Virus record (IMG/VR): IMGVR_UViG_3300047489_000453 | Coordinates: 32,001 to 96,000 of that record | Reading direction: 5' to 3' (one strand) | DNA: 64,000 nt | Origin: a virus | In this document: positions 1 to 10,002 of the stretch, in pieces | How the letters are laid out: the number at the start of each line of letters is the position of its first letter | How positions within the stretch are numbered: position 1 is the first letter of the stretch | Notes under the pieces: model-generated | What the model was told of the DNA's origin: nothing | Database searches by the model: none | What the model saw: only the letters and a program-made list of their open reading frames with translations | Program-made: the position numbers and the translations under genes

Positions 1-104
1 ACCATGTAATTCTTTTACGTGGTTAGCTATCTTGTCAAAAGTTGGAACGTGGTCTCTTAAAGACATTTTTTCCATAAACACTGGTGACGGGGCTCTTTTT
101 TCCA

Positions 105-911
105 TCATATGCCATTCTCCGGTATAAGGTATACAGCGTCAGAAAAAGGTGCCAGTCTTATATTAACATTAGTTACTATATTGAAGCTTCTTACAGTAAC
201 TACTTCTGATGTCTCGTGAACTATGTACCTTCTGCCGCTACCTTTGTCCCAGATGACATCCTGGCTTACAACTGGGTCACCTATAACTCTACAGTTTTGA
301 GTGGTCCCTTGGCTAGTCATTCCAGCGTAATCCACGTTTATTTTCTCTATTTCATTTGAAATAGGAAACTCTACTAGTAAGGGGATAGCGCTAAAATAGC
401 CGTTAACTTTACCTGTGCCCAGGCATACAGGGCACCTTCCATCGATAGGCTCATCTAGTAATGGGTCGGCACATCTTGTGCATTTAGGCCCAAATCTTTT
501 TCTTTTAAATAAATAGGCCTCTGGTACTCCTACGTACTTTGAAAGCCTAAGTTTCTCTTTTCTAAGAATCTCCCTGGCTATTCTCCAAGTCCTGTAATCT
601 ACTTTTGAATCAAGCGTTATTGATGGGGAATAGTATGTGCGAATACCAGTCTGTAGTTTTATTCTATAAAACCAGTCCAGCTCTTTTCCAAATAATCTGG
701 TCTCGTCATCTATAAGAAAATAAGCATTAATTACCGGCGGCCCTATGTCTACAAAACTTGCCGTCTCTACCGGATGGTTTGACCCTTGTAGTGTGAATAT
801 GTATGGACCTTTATCAGTAAATAAAGGATTAAGATCCCATTCTACCTTGCTAACTCCTAGCGGGGAGTATGATGCAGTCAGCTTCTCAAACGGCTCTATA
901 CCGTATGGCAT
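105..911 (-). CDS. Putative neck/head-completion protein with Zn-finger insert
   Basis: 268 aa; CxxC..CxxCxGxG (CTRC...CPVCLGTG) motif; lies downstream of the capsid module. Function inferred from position. Confidence 0.4.
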   Translation of the reverse strand: MPYGIEPFEKLTASYSPLGVSKVEWDLNPLFTDKGPYIFTLQGSNHPVETASFVDIGPPVINAYFLIDDETRLFGKELDWFYRIKLQTGIRTYYSPSITLDSKVDYRTWRIAREILRKEKLRLSKYVGVPEAYLFKRKRFGPKCTRCADPLLDEPIDGRCPVCLGTGKVNGYFSAIPLLVEFPISNEIEKINVDYAGMTSQGTTQNCRVIGDPVVSQDVIWDKGSGRRYIVHETSEVVTVRSFNIVTNVNIRLAPFSDAVYLIPENGI

Positions 912-1207
912 GGTCTGCTCCTGACCTTTTTCAGGTGCTCTTCACAATCCTTTCTAACGTTATCGTTCCAGGATACATAGGAATGAAGGTGACCAAATAC
1001 AAAATGACAAGTTCCACACAAAGTCATGCAGTTGGTCTCTTCAAGCTCTTTAGTACTATCGACACTTACCGGTATTATATGGTGTACTGTAAGTTTTTTC
1101 TTTGTACCACAGGCGCAGCAAGTAGGGTTCTTTTCTAAAAATTCTTTTCTAAATTTAGGCCATCTGCTGGATCTGTCACTTAATATCCAGGCGAACATCT
1201 TAAACAT
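896..1207 (-). CDS. Small HNH endonuclease
   Basis: CCAC...VHHI...N..TLCGTCH Zn-binding HNH pattern, 103 aa. Confidence 0.75.
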   Translation of the reverse strand: MFKMFAWILSDRSSRWPKFRKEFLEKNPTCCACGTKKKLTVHHIIPVSVDSTKELEETNCMTLCGTCHFVFGHLHSYVSWNDNVRKDCEEHLKKVRSRPCHTV

Positions 1208-1231
1208 GGTAGCCTCTTTAATGGTTTAGTC

Positions 1232-2173
1232 TTATCTGTATCTTCCAAAACCATCGTAGGTAGATCCAAAAGAGCCGTCCCAGGCTTCTTTGTTGATGGC
1301 CACTTTGGTCATCTTACACCATTTAAGGTAGTCCTGTAACATTCTATCGCCTGTTACTTCATATTCTTGGGCCTTGTTCTTATCATCAACAGATAATCCA
1401 CCAGCACTGTAGGTCAACTGGTTTCGTCTGTAATGCTTAGCCGCTATAAGGTAAAGCTCGCCTATTACACCGTTAATTAGGGCGGTTGGATTGAAGAAGT
1501 TGTTGGTGTTAAAGAATCTTCTAACTGTAGGCTGCATAGTATTCCAATGCTCTACGCATTTGAGCATACATAAGATTATTTCTGAGTCATCAAACTCAAA
1601 GGTATTTAACAATGGATTATCTTCTGGAGCATTATCTCTAAGTGCTATTCTTATTGCGGATATCTGAGGCACGCCGGATGCTTTACCTGATATAGCTGTA
1701 ACTGAACCAAATTGGCTCTTGTCAACCAAGACGTAAAGCCTTGATACATGAATAAGTTCGCCAATAGTGGAGACAACTCCACAATTTAGTTCAAGTATCT
1801 GATGAAGACTTGTGGCAGTGGCTGGAATCTTTGCCCTTACAACTCCTGCCGCTGCGTCAATAAACGCAGCCTCGGTGTCTACAATGTAGATACCGTTAGA
1901 CGTGTCTAAGGCTTCTCTGCCCTTTAATAATACCTTTCCGCTTGGAGACCCAGACGACGAGCTCAATGAGCTTGACGTTATGCTAGAAAACCCACAGGTT
2001 TCAAAGTTTATAGGCCTGCCGCGATCGTCCCGCAATACTAGTTCTACTACTGGGGCAGTGCCCTGAGGTATGGCTACAGCCGGTACTTTGGCCAAAATAG
2101 GTCTGTTGTCTACTGTCGTTACCGCAGGCCTTACTACCAGCTGGTCAGAGCATTCTATTATTGAGGGGTCCAT
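1232..2173 (-). CDS. Putative virion head-tail connector protein
   Basis: 313 aa, co-oriented downstream of capsid genes; function is positional inference only. Confidence 0.35.
   Translation of the reverse strand: MDPSIIECSDQLVVRPAVTTVDNRPILAKVPAVAIPQGTAPVVELVLRDDRGRPINFETCGFSSITSSSLSSSSGSPSGKVLLKGREALDTSNGIYIVDTEAAFIDAAAGVVRAKIPATATSLHQILELNCGVVSTIGELIHVSRLYVLVDKSQFGSVTAISGKASGVPQISAIRIALRDNAPEDNPLLNTFEFDDSEIILCMLKCVEHWNTMQPTVRRFFNTNNFFNPTALINGVIGELYLIAAKHYRRNQLTYSAGGLSVDDKNKAQEYEVTGDRMLQDYLKWCKMTKVAINKEAWDGSFGSTYDGFGRYR
1767..1782. repeat. Dispersed 16-bp palindrome copy
   Basis: GTGGAGACAACTCCAC, 2 mismatches to GTGGAGACGTCTCCAC, inside CDS. Confidence 0.65.
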
Positions 2174-2181
2174 GCCGGCTC

Positions 2182-3444
2182 CTATATTTTACATATACCT
2201 GGTTGGTGCTGTCCTTTCAAAGCACATAGGTCTGCGTAAACATACAAAATGTTGTGAGCCCTATGAAATTCCGATGGATGAGAAGTCCAAACTCTTACAT
2301 CCTGGAACCTACACTCTATCTCAGGCACAAACTTTGAGTAGTTCCTGTCTGTATAGTACCAGAAAGAGTTTTGATTGATAAAGTTAATATGTGTTGGATC
2401 TTGGTAAGCTCCTCTGCCGTCAGAACTTGGAGTCCCAGAAAGTATCCAACCACCAGGGGCTAGTACCCTATAAAAGTCATTCATGCACTGGACAAATTTT
2501 TCTCTTGGAAGATGCTCAAAGAAATCAAACGCCCTTAATATACCGACGGAATTATCGTCAAACGGTAGAGGAGATTCTCCTACTCTGTGAATAATCTCAG
2601 CGTTTCTAATATCCAGGCTTTTGTACTGCTTTGGAGAATTAAAGCCTCCTCCAAGGTCTATCATTAAAAGCTTTTCTCTTCGGCTCCATTCTTCGCACAT
2701 TCTATGTAAGAATCTATTGAAGGTATTGTTTTGAGTCTTGGCTATTAGTTCTCTCTTTTTAACAAACGAGTTGCTCTTTTTGGGGTCTAATATCCTTCGG
2801 TACAAGTATAGGCACTCTGGGTGATGCACAAACTTGCACCCGGCCAAATAAGTACGGCATACAAGATCATGATCATCTCCAACTTCCAAAGTAGCATCAT
2901 GCCCGCCTGCAGCGTAATAGACATCTCTGTGCCAGGCCCTTACGTGGTTAGGCGCGTACCATATCTCGCCCAGAGCCCTAGGAGTAGCAGCGAATGCCCT
3001 GTGAGCGGCGTATTTCTTGTCGTCTAAAGTAAAGTCATAAGTCTTCCAGCCATGCTGGTGATTGTAAAGCTCTGGAGACCCGTTTGGAAAAAAGCTAGCA
3101 AAGTCAGAATAATGAAAGGCTGGTCCTATCTCTTGATGCTTGTCGTAGATCTTTTCCAGGGCTGTAGGCACCAGCATATCATCATGGTCTAGCTCTACAT
3201 AAATGTCACCGGTTGCTTGGTTACATGCATAGTTTTTTAGATAACCTATTTTATCGCTAGATACCGGTCTGATTAAAACCCTAGGGTCGTTAACTATTTC
3301 AGCCGGCATCTGGAGGCTTTCCGCCCCGTTTGGGACTATTACCCACTCCCAGTCTTTATAGGTTTGTTTTAATAAGCTTTTATATGTTTCAAGAATCCAA
3401 GTTGGGTCATTTGTTGGCGTGAATACGCTAAACTTTATCGACAT
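2182..3444 (-). CDS. Glycosyltransferase family 2 fused to SAM-dependent methyltransferase domain
   Basis: N-term FSVFTPT..SLLKQTYKDWEWVI..ELDHDD (GT2 DxD); C-term IDLGGG..FFEHL..YRVLAPGG methyltransferase motifs. Confidence 0.8.
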   Translation of the reverse strand: MSIKFSVFTPTNDPTWILETYKSLLKQTYKDWEWVIVPNGAESLQMPAEIVNDPRVLIRPVSSDKIGYLKNYACNQATGDIYVELDHDDMLVPTALEKIYDKHQEIGPAFHYSDFASFFPNGSPELYNHQHGWKTYDFTLDDKKYAAHRAFAATPRALGEIWYAPNHVRAWHRDVYYAAGGHDATLEVGDDHDLVCRTYLAGCKFVHHPECLYLYRRILDPKKSNSFVKKRELIAKTQNNTFNRFLHRMCEEWSRREKLLMIDLGGGFNSPKQYKSLDIRNAEIIHRVGESPLPFDDNSVGILRAFDFFEHLPREKFVQCMNDFYRVLAPGGWILSGTPSSDGRGAYQDPTHINFINQNSFWYYTDRNYSKFVPEIECRFQDVRVWTSHPSEFHRAHNILYVYADLCALKGQHQPGICKI

Positions 3445-3523
3445 ATTTTCCTTCTTTCTGTGTTAGACAATAACAACGAAGTAAGGATAACTATATTGAA
3501 AAAAAGTTTCTAGTGTAGAAATA

Positions 3524-3553
3524 AAAAAGCCCCGGACTGCTCCGGGGCTTTTT
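3524..3553. terminator. Intrinsic terminator (bidirectional-looking) after the capsid operon
   Basis: AAAAAGCCCCGGA-ctgc-TCCGGGGCTTTTT hairpin with A/T tails. Confidence 0.8.
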
Positions 3554-3567
3554 AGTACAAGCCAAGC

Positions 3568-3900
3568 TTAGATTGAGCTTGAGTATGTTACGCCGCAAGG
3601 ATCTGCGACAGTTACGCTGCCATTGTCGATAGCCACGGTTTTCGTGACGTCAAGGGTAGCGTCATACAGGAAGGGCGTTGGGCTGCTAACTACAACAATA
3701 TCACCATTCTGAAGAGCGTTTTGAAACGCAGTTCGCTTCCTTTTGGAAGTAATAGCCTGCAGCAGAGCTGGTAGGCTACCGAAGAAGGTGTATTCTTGAC
3801 CAGCAGTCAAAGTCTTACCATGAGGAGGCAAAAAACCAAAAGTGGCAGTTGCTCCAGTCATGTTACGAACTTTGGTTTCCAAACAAGTAGTGTTAGCCAT
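3568..3900 (-). CDS. Hypothetical virion protein
   Basis: 110 aa, GGAGG RBS, last gene before the terminator of the capsid operon. Confidence 0.6.
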   Translation of the reverse strand: MANTTCLETKVRNMTGATATFGFLPPHGKTLTAGQEYTFFGSLPALLQAITSKRKRTAFQNALQNGDIVVVSSPTPFLYDATLDVTKTVAIDNGSVTVADPCGVTYSSSI

Positions 3901-3917
3901 TTTAAATTAAACCTCCG

Positions 3918-4310
3918 TTATTCAGCAGCCATCTGCTTAGCGATAGCGCCGTGATATGTGAGGACGGCATTAATCAAGTCTTCCCTATTGGCAAGCTCGT
4001 TAGATGCTTGCTTAATAGTCTGCTGCAAGTGTACATCTCCCGCAGGTCCACCTACCAAATTACCCAATTGCTGATTTGCAGCCTTAAGGAAGTTGGTTTG
4101 AGTGGAGGCGCTCTTTACTTGCTCCTGTGCATGGGCTTCGCCAAGACGGGCAGCAATTTCAAGGAGGCTGCCGACTTCTTCATCATTTTGTGGAACGATG
4201 CCGTAGTCGCTTGCGAGCTTTTCCAAGAAAACGGGAACAAAGACTTCCCGAATAAGAGTTGCATGTGCAGCTTGAGCCTGATTAAGCTCGTCGTGCGTCA
4301 AATTAGCCAT
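3918..4310 (-). CDS. Hypothetical head-associated protein (K-x-A motifs)
   Basis: 130 aa, GGAGG RBS; EKLAS, VKSAS, IKQAS motifs. Confidence 0.6.
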   Translation of the reverse strand: MANLTHDELNQAQAAHATLIREVFVPVFLEKLASDYGIVPQNDEEVGSLLEIAARLGEAHAQEQVKSASTQTNFLKAANQQLGNLVGGPAGDVHLQQTIKQASNELANREDLINAVLTYHGAIAKQMAAE

Positions 4311-4363
4311 GATAGCCTCCGAAGCCTATTGAAATTGGGGCCTCGTTAGAGGCCCCATGCCCA

Positions 4364-5293
4364 TTACGCAAAGTCAGCTCTAGCGATTGCGTTGGTGTTA
4401 CCAATTGCACCGCCGAGGGTTTCATAGGCGAAAAATTCGAGCATATACGCCTTACGATCGATATAAAGCGTGGTATCCTCTAAAATGAAACTTTTGCCTA
4501 CAAATTTAGGGTCAGCGAACATAAAGATGCTGTCCGTAGGAACCAAATCCTGCTTGATGGAGATAATCCAACGAGCATTCATGAAGTTCTGTTCGGTCCA
4601 ACCGTTCTTGAATACGTCCTGGCTGAAGTCACCGCCCATTTCTTCACGACCGAATTTCATCAGTTCGCGAATAGTAAGGTTGTTGATCAAGCAGGTGCCT
4701 ACTTCAAGGCGGCTGATGGTGCGAGGCAGAATCTTGAAAGCATCTTGAAGGGTATCACGAGTGATACCGCCGTAGATGGTTTCCCACTGTACCAAACCGG
4801 ACTGGGATACAGTAGTGTTAGCTGCGCTGCCCATAGCTGCGTTGCAAGCGGCGATGAACTTGCGATCTTCTTCCGCTAACATGTCCTTTATGGCGTTATC
4901 AGACAGGATCTGCCTGATGTCCATACGATAAGTGCGAAGTTCATCAACGTCCTTCGTGAATCGTGGGGTCACGATTCGGTCAAAGGTAACGCGATACTTC
5001 TGGCCACGAACATAGAGGTTCATAGGCAGAGTAGCGAAGGGAATGGAGATAGCAGCTGGGCTATCAGGTTCCCTTTCGATGATCTTAACAGGCTTATCGG
5101 TATCTACCTGTTGATCGAGATCGTCGTTGCTTACCTGGATTGGAGGAAGAATTCGTCGATAGAATCCTTCTTCACGCATCCTGTACCTGGTGTAGTCGAC
5201 CACTGCGTCGAGTGCTCGCTTTTCCATTCCAGGGGTTTCAAGGTAGCTGAGGAATGTTTCGTTCATCAGCTTAGTGTCGTTGTCGTAAGACAT
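4364..5293 (-). CDS. Probable major capsid protein (HK97/encapsulin-like fold)
   Basis: 309 aa; AAGGAGG RBS; RMREEGFYRRILP and long spine-like helix AIKDMLAEEDRKF; canonical protease-scaffold-capsid gene order. Confidence 0.65.
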   Translation of the reverse strand: MSYDNDTKLMNETFLSYLETPGMEKRALDAVVDYTRYRMREEGFYRRILPPIQVSNDDLDQQVDTDKPVKIIEREPDSPAAISIPFATLPMNLYVRGQKYRVTFDRIVTPRFTKDVDELRTYRMDIRQILSDNAIKDMLAEEDRKFIAACNAAMGSAANTTVSQSGLVQWETIYGGITRDTLQDAFKILPRTISRLEVGTCLINNLTIRELMKFGREEMGGDFSQDVFKNGWTEQNFMNARWIISIKQDLVPTDSIFMFADPKFVGKSFILEDTTLYIDRKAYMLEFFAYETLGGAIGNTNAIARADFA

Positions 5294-5316
5294 TTTGTAT
5301 GGCCTCCTTATGCCTA

Positions 5317-5874
5317 TTAGTATCCGGTCTTACCTGGTTTGTAAATAGGCCAGAACGCCAACACGTTGTTGCGATCTGACTGGCGCTTACGGACGCCTCT
5401 GGAAACTACGCCTACGATAGCGGTGGGGTTAGAGCCACCATCTTCGAGGACAGAAACGCTGGCGTTGGTCAGGAGACCGCCGTCTGTGCTGCTGTTCGAG
5501 CTGCTCTTGCAACGAAGATATTCGTTAGGAGCATAGGTATTGGCAGAGTCGAACTCGGTAGTTTCGAGTTCATAGGCACCTTTAGCGACCAAACCGGTAA
5601 TATTACCAGCAGGCCCGATTGGATACCAACGAGTGCCCCCAGAATTGGAGACGTCGTTGTCGTCACTGTTCTGCAGCAAGAAGATCGGCATCTGGGAACC
5701 AGTGCAGCCGAGCTCGAACTCACCGCTAGAGTTGAGATGAACGCAGCGGCCTGCGTACACAACGTCAACAGTAACGTTGCTTGACAGCTTGGCGGTAAAG
5801 TCCAGAGCTGCCATGTGGAACCAACCCTTGATTGCGTCTAGGGTATGGTCAAACATTTGGCGTGTAGTTGCCAT
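5317..5874 (-). CDS. Putative capsid decoration/cement protein
   Basis: 185 aa Gly/Ser/beta-rich protein immediately upstream of the capsid gene. Confidence 0.4.
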   Translation of the reverse strand: MATTRQMFDHTLDAIKGWFHMAALDFTAKLSSNVTVDVVYAGRCVHLNSSGEFELGCTGSQMPIFLLQNSDDNDVSNSGGTRWYPIGPAGNITGLVAKGAYELETTEFDSANTYAPNEYLRCKSSSNSSTDGGLLTNASVSVLEDGGSNPTAIVGVVSRGVRKRQSDRNNVLAFWPIYKPGKTGY

Positions 5875-5918
5875 TCTTAAAGACCTCCGTGTCTTTTAAA
5901 CTATCAACCTAGCGCGAG

Positions 5919-6308
5919 TTATGCCAAACCAAGATGTTGGCGGAAACGACGATCGGACTCGCGCTCGGAAGTAGTCCGTCGTCCTACATAAGGATCATTC
6001 ATAGAGTCTGATGCACTGGCTGATTTCTCAGTTTTGCCGATAGCTTTCGGCCTCACAGTGCGGTTAACGTCAGCTGCCTTGATAAGGATCTCCAAGGCTT
6101 TAGCATGATTTGTAAGGGCTTCAGCAGCCTTTTCCCTGTCGGCTGGGTCGATCCTATCGAATTGGATAAGAGCGTCTACAGCTTTAGGAAGCAAGTCGTT
6201 GACTTTAGCGTCGCTGGCTTGCTTTTCATTCAACTGCTTATCAGCAGCAGCCAAGGCTGCCTCGACACATTGAACGTAGTCAATTGTCTTTTCGTACAAG
6301 TTAGACAT
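5919..6308 (-). CDS. Hypothetical scaffold-associated protein
   Basis: 129 aa helical; EKQAS, IKAAD, EKSAS motifs; AGGAGG RBS. Confidence 0.55.
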   Translation of the reverse strand: MSNLYEKTIDYVQCVEAALAAADKQLNEKQASDAKVNDLLPKAVDALIQFDRIDPADREKAAEALTNHAKALEILIKAADVNRTVRPKAIGKTEKSASASDSMNDPYVGRRTTSERESDRRFRQHLGLA

Positions 6309-6323
6309 TAAAGTGGCCTCCTA

Positions 6324-7622
6324 TTAACCAATTATGTCACGAATGCATGATTTAATCTGGTCACGGAGAGCCCTCTGCTGAGCAGTCTTGGCTTCTGTAA
6401 CCCTAAACTTACCAGCTTTAATCTGGTTGTCCCTAACAGACTTGGCTTGCTTAATTAACTTAATAAGCCCAACTGTTTCGGGGTCAGATTTTTTAGCTGA
6501 TCCCATTTTAGGCATTGCTGCGGCGTCTGCGCCTGCTTCTGGCCCGCCTGCACCGCCTTCAACCATTTGAAGCAACTGGGCAGGGTCGACGCCTTGTTCC
6601 TGAAGAGCCATAAGAAGTTCTTGAACAGCGTCTCCTTCTGGAGCGCCTTCAGGCATACCGCCAGGAGCGGCTTCTTCGCCGGCCATCTGAGAAAGTAGCG
6701 CTGGATCAATGTCCATGCCGCCTTCTTCAGAAGCGTGCTCAGCGGCTTCTTCTTCTGGGCTTTCAGAGCTTTCTTGTTCTGGCGATTCATGGGTCTCTTC
6801 GCTAGAGCCACCGGCTGCCTCGCCCTCAGCGGCGGCTTTGTAAAAAGACTGGAGGTATGCTCCTACCATTGCAGCCTTTTCAAGCCCATCAGCGATAGTC
6901 GACTCTAAAGAACCAGATACAGCGGCATGAGCAGCTTTAACTAGCTCAGCTTGATCTTGTTCTGTCAAAGAAGCGGCGGCCTGGCCAGCTCTAGCAGCTG
7001 CCATCTTAGGTTCTTCTTTCTTCTTGCCTGCCCTGAGTGCAGCAAGGTCAGAACCTTCGATTTTGCCGTTATTATTCACGTCGAGCTTGGGCTGATCGCC
7101 TTTAAGCTCTTTTTTTTCTTCTGCCTTTTCTTCTGCAGCAGATTCTTCAGCGCTCTTGATGATATCAGCAAGAATGTTGTTGGCCTTATCTGCGGCTAAT
7201 TTTCGAAGTTGACCGTAGCTAAGCGAGCTATATTTTTCGCCTTCGCCAGCCTTGGCAGCATGATCAGTGCCTGGGTCATCTTTCTTTTCTTTATAGTTAT
7301 CTTCGTTAGAAGGATCTTCACCAGTAGCGGTGCTGGTAATACCAACATTGTGCTGCTGGTCTGCTTGGGCAGGAGCCTTGTCTGCAGCAGAGTCTACTCC
7401 GCCTGCAGGAATGGTGTCCTTAACGTCACCAGTATTTTCTTGTGACCTTTTTCCTTCCGAGGCTGGAAGGGTACCGTCGTCCTGGCTTTTGCTAGGATGA
7501 GTAGTAGGTCCGCCTTGAGCGGTTGTCTCGGTGTTGGCCTCTGCACGTTTCTTAACAGAAGCTTGTTTTTCATTTTCAACTTCTGCTAAAAAATCTCGCA
7601 GCTGATCGAATAGCTGAGGCAT
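6324..7622 (-). CDS. Probable prohead scaffolding protein
   Basis: 432 aa acidic Ala/Glu/Lys-rich low-complexity protein between protease and capsid genes; many K-x-A motifs. Confidence 0.55.
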   Translation of the reverse strand: MPQLFDQLRDFLAEVENEKQASVKKRAEANTETTAQGGPTTHPSKSQDDGTLPASEGKRSQENTGDVKDTIPAGGVDSAADKAPAQADQQHNVGITSTATGEDPSNEDNYKEKKDDPGTDHAAKAGEGEKYSSLSYGQLRKLAADKANNILADIIKSAEESAAEEKAEEKKELKGDQPKLDVNNNGKIEGSDLAALRAGKKKEEPKMAAARAGQAAASLTEQDQAELVKAAHAAVSGSLESTIADGLEKAAMVGAYLQSFYKAAAEGEAAGGSSEETHESPEQESSESPEEEAAEHASEEGGMDIDPALLSQMAGEEAAPGGMPEGAPEGDAVQELLMALQEQGVDPAQLLQMVEGGAGGPEAGADAAAMPKMGSAKKSDPETVGLIKLIKQAKSVRDNQIKAGKFRVTEAKTAQQRALRDQIKSCIRDIIG

Positions 7623-7775
7623 GTTAAATTTACTCCTATATCGTCGCCGGCATGACCTAACGTTAAGGGTTCCCTTAACTTATTGCTAGTACTGTAATGT
7701 CACGCCTTTTCAAATTGTGTACAGTACTTCAAAAGTGTGCAAGACCATCTTGCACTTTTTTTGGTGCTTTTGATG

Positions 7776-9215
7776 CTATTGCATATTATTGTAAGCCACG
7801 ACAGCCCTTCCGAAACCTAATTCTTGGTCTTCGGATTTAGCTGCGGCTTTGATCCATTGTAGCTGATTAATAGCGTATGCCTTGGCTAATTCAGCGTATT
7901 TCTCAGAGTATTCAGCTTCTTTTTCTAAACCTGTGTTAGCCTTTGGAGCTGAAGTTCCCGACAATATCAGTTTAGATATACCGGCTGACAGGGCTGCTGT
8001 CTTTATAGAAAGAGAATTAGATGCCTTAGCGGCTTCTAATTGCTGCCTTTCACTGGAAATAAGATTATATGGGTTAGATCTCCTGTCCGAAGCCGCCTTC
8101 TCAATAGTGGAGACGTCTCCAATAAGCTTGCTAAAAATATTAGGAAGATATTTTTTAACTTCAGACGCTACTTTTTCGTGTCCTTTAGCTAGCAGCCAGT
8201 CCTCTAAGGAAATCATAATACCGTTCGAGGCACAAGCAGCCCAGGGGTAGGAAACGCTTGCTGAGGCTTGTTTCCAGAAAGTTATAGGCTTAATTCTGTC
8301 TTTGATGGCGCTGTAAAAGGCCGAATGACCTTCCATGCACTTCTTTTCAAGCTCAGCGAGCTTTCTTGACAGGCTGGCTAGTTTTATTGATTCGCCGGTA
8401 AGATCACTTGCCCAAACTCCATCAGGAGCTTCTATTCCAGCCATTTCGGCCAGCTCAGCTCCGCCAGCTACATATAACCCAGAAGCTGCCTTATAATGAC
8501 CAACAACCCAAGCGATTCTATCAGCAGGCCTATAAACATCGCTGATATCAAACCAAGTAGGGTTAGGGTTGTCGACATGCAGTACATGACCGTCTTCGGC
8601 GACTTTTGTGAGGTTAATCCTGCAACCACCATAATCGCAATTATCTTCAGTACAGTACTCATCCCTATTTCTCGCCTTGTTTCCACAGCCTGAACATACG
8701 TCGTAGGCTACTTTACAAGCCATACTTACGCCCCAGTTATCATCACCTGAGGCAATCTTCTGCATTTCTTTATCTGCTAATAAGCCACCATTTCTAGCTG
8801 CCGCTTCTTTTGTGGCGTTTAAAGCAACTATCAGCTCAACTCTTTTCATCTTATCGTTGAACATCGAGGCTTTAACTAAGCCATAACTTGTTTTAGGGTC
8901 TTTATTCTTATGGTTTCTATACCACCTGGCGTGCTTTACAAAAGTGTCGTGGTATTTACGGCAGGTAGCTTCTTTGAACCCGTCGCCATTACGATTAGGG
9001 CCGTAGGCCTCTGTAGCACCGATGGCGATCATATGAATAGGCTGTTCGCCTGGCTTAAACTCTATACCTTTAAGCATGTGGGCGGCTTCTGCTCCGGCTC
9101 TTTTTACAAAGCTGGACAAGTCTGTTCCTACCAAACCTTTTGATGATACTTTTATCAACGAGCTTACAGAGTCACCAAAGTCTTGTGAATGAGGCGTTAT
9201 AACCTTGATCATCAT
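7776..9215 (-). CDS. Probable capsid maturation (prohead) protease
   Basis: NRNGDGF, NHKNKDP and VSMACKVAYDVCSGCGNKA..C motifs (His and Ser candidates, Cys cluster) resembling large-phage maturation proteases; C-terminal part rich in K-x-A. Confidence 0.6.
   Translation of the reverse strand: MMIKVITPHSQDFGDSVSSLIKVSSKGLVGTDLSSFVKRAGAEAAHMLKGIEFKPGEQPIHMIAIGATEAYGPNRNGDGFKEATCRKYHDTFVKHARWYRNHKNKDPKTSYGLVKASMFNDKMKRVELIVALNATKEAAARNGGLLADKEMQKIASGDDNWGVSMACKVAYDVCSGCGNKARNRDEYCTEDNCDYGGCRINLTKVAEDGHVLHVDNPNPTWFDISDVYRPADRIAWVVGHYKAASGLYVAGGAELAEMAGIEAPDGVWASDLTGESIKLASLSRKLAELEKKCMEGHSAFYSAIKDRIKPITFWKQASASVSYPWAACASNGIMISLEDWLLAKGHEKVASEVKKYLPNIFSKLIGDVSTIEKAASDRRSNPYNLISSERQQLEAAKASNSLSIKTAALSAGISKLILSGTSAPKANTGLEKEAEYSEKYAELAKAYAINQLQWIKAAAKSEDQELGFGRAVVAYNNMQ
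8107..8122. repeat. Dispersed 16-bp palindrome copy
   Basis: GTGGAGACGTCTCCAA, 1 mismatch, inside CDS. Confidence 0.75.
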
Positions 9216-9244
9216 GGCGGTGTCTCCTTTTGATACCTATTTAA

Positions 9245-9967
9245 TTAGTAAGGAAGTCCTATAAAATCTATGCCAGGGTTTCGTTTACTTGGCTTAGTAA
9301 TGTCTATAGGTTCAGGAGGCGCGACCAACTTATTATTTTTTTTAATTACTGGCGGAAGCATATTATTGCCTCGACGACCGAGTTTATTTGGAGGCAAATC
9401 GTCGGCTGTAAAAGGATCAGCAGTGTCTGGGTTTTGACCTAGTAATTTACCTCTAGACGGATTGCCTTCTGGTAAATTTTTGTATTTATCACTAATTTCT
9501 TGTTTTTGAGTTTCTTTTCGTATTTTCTCAGCTTCTTCCTGCATTTTCTCATTAGTGTCAAATTTCTTTGGAGGAGGTGTTTCTTCTGGTTCCTTTTTCT
9601 CGAACAATGACTTCTTTAATTCTTTTGCTTTTTCTCTTAGTTTACTAAACCCAGAAGTAATTTCTGAGCCTGGGTCAATATTGAATAAAGACTTAGACAT
9701 GTATCCAGCTGTAGCGCCTGGAACTGCGCCCAATAAGGCCCCTTTTAATATATCATTAATTGTAACTTTGTTACGGTTCTTTGCTGCAGAAATGGCGCCC
9801 CCAATTCCTCCAGCGCCTGACCCTAGCAAAGCGCCAACTAAGGCAGCCTTAAGATCTGGATTGCTTAGAATAGAAAGGTCTAGAGCTTGCTTCTCAGCGT
9901 AAGCCTCATTAATAATCCTAATAGCCTCTTCAGGAGTTTTATCGACAATCTTGTCAACCAGGCTCAT
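9245..9967 (-). CDS. Hypothetical protein with glycine-zipper hydrophobic segments
   Basis: 240 aa; EKQA then ALVGALLGSGAGGIGGAI and GALLGAVPGATAG. Confidence 0.6.
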   Translation of the reverse strand: MSLVDKIVDKTPEEAIRIINEAYAEKQALDLSILSNPDLKAALVGALLGSGAGGIGGAISAAKNRNKVTINDILKGALLGAVPGATAGYMSKSLFNIDPGSEITSGFSKLREKAKELKKSLFEKKEPEETPPPKKFDTNEKMQEEAEKIRKETQKQEISDKYKNLPEGNPSRGKLLGQNPDTADPFTADDLPPNKLGRRGNNMLPPVIKKNNKLVAPPEPIDITKPSKRNPGIDFIGLPY

Positions 9968-10002
9968 GTCAGTCTCCGTTAAATAAATTAGAACTTGTAG
10001 TT

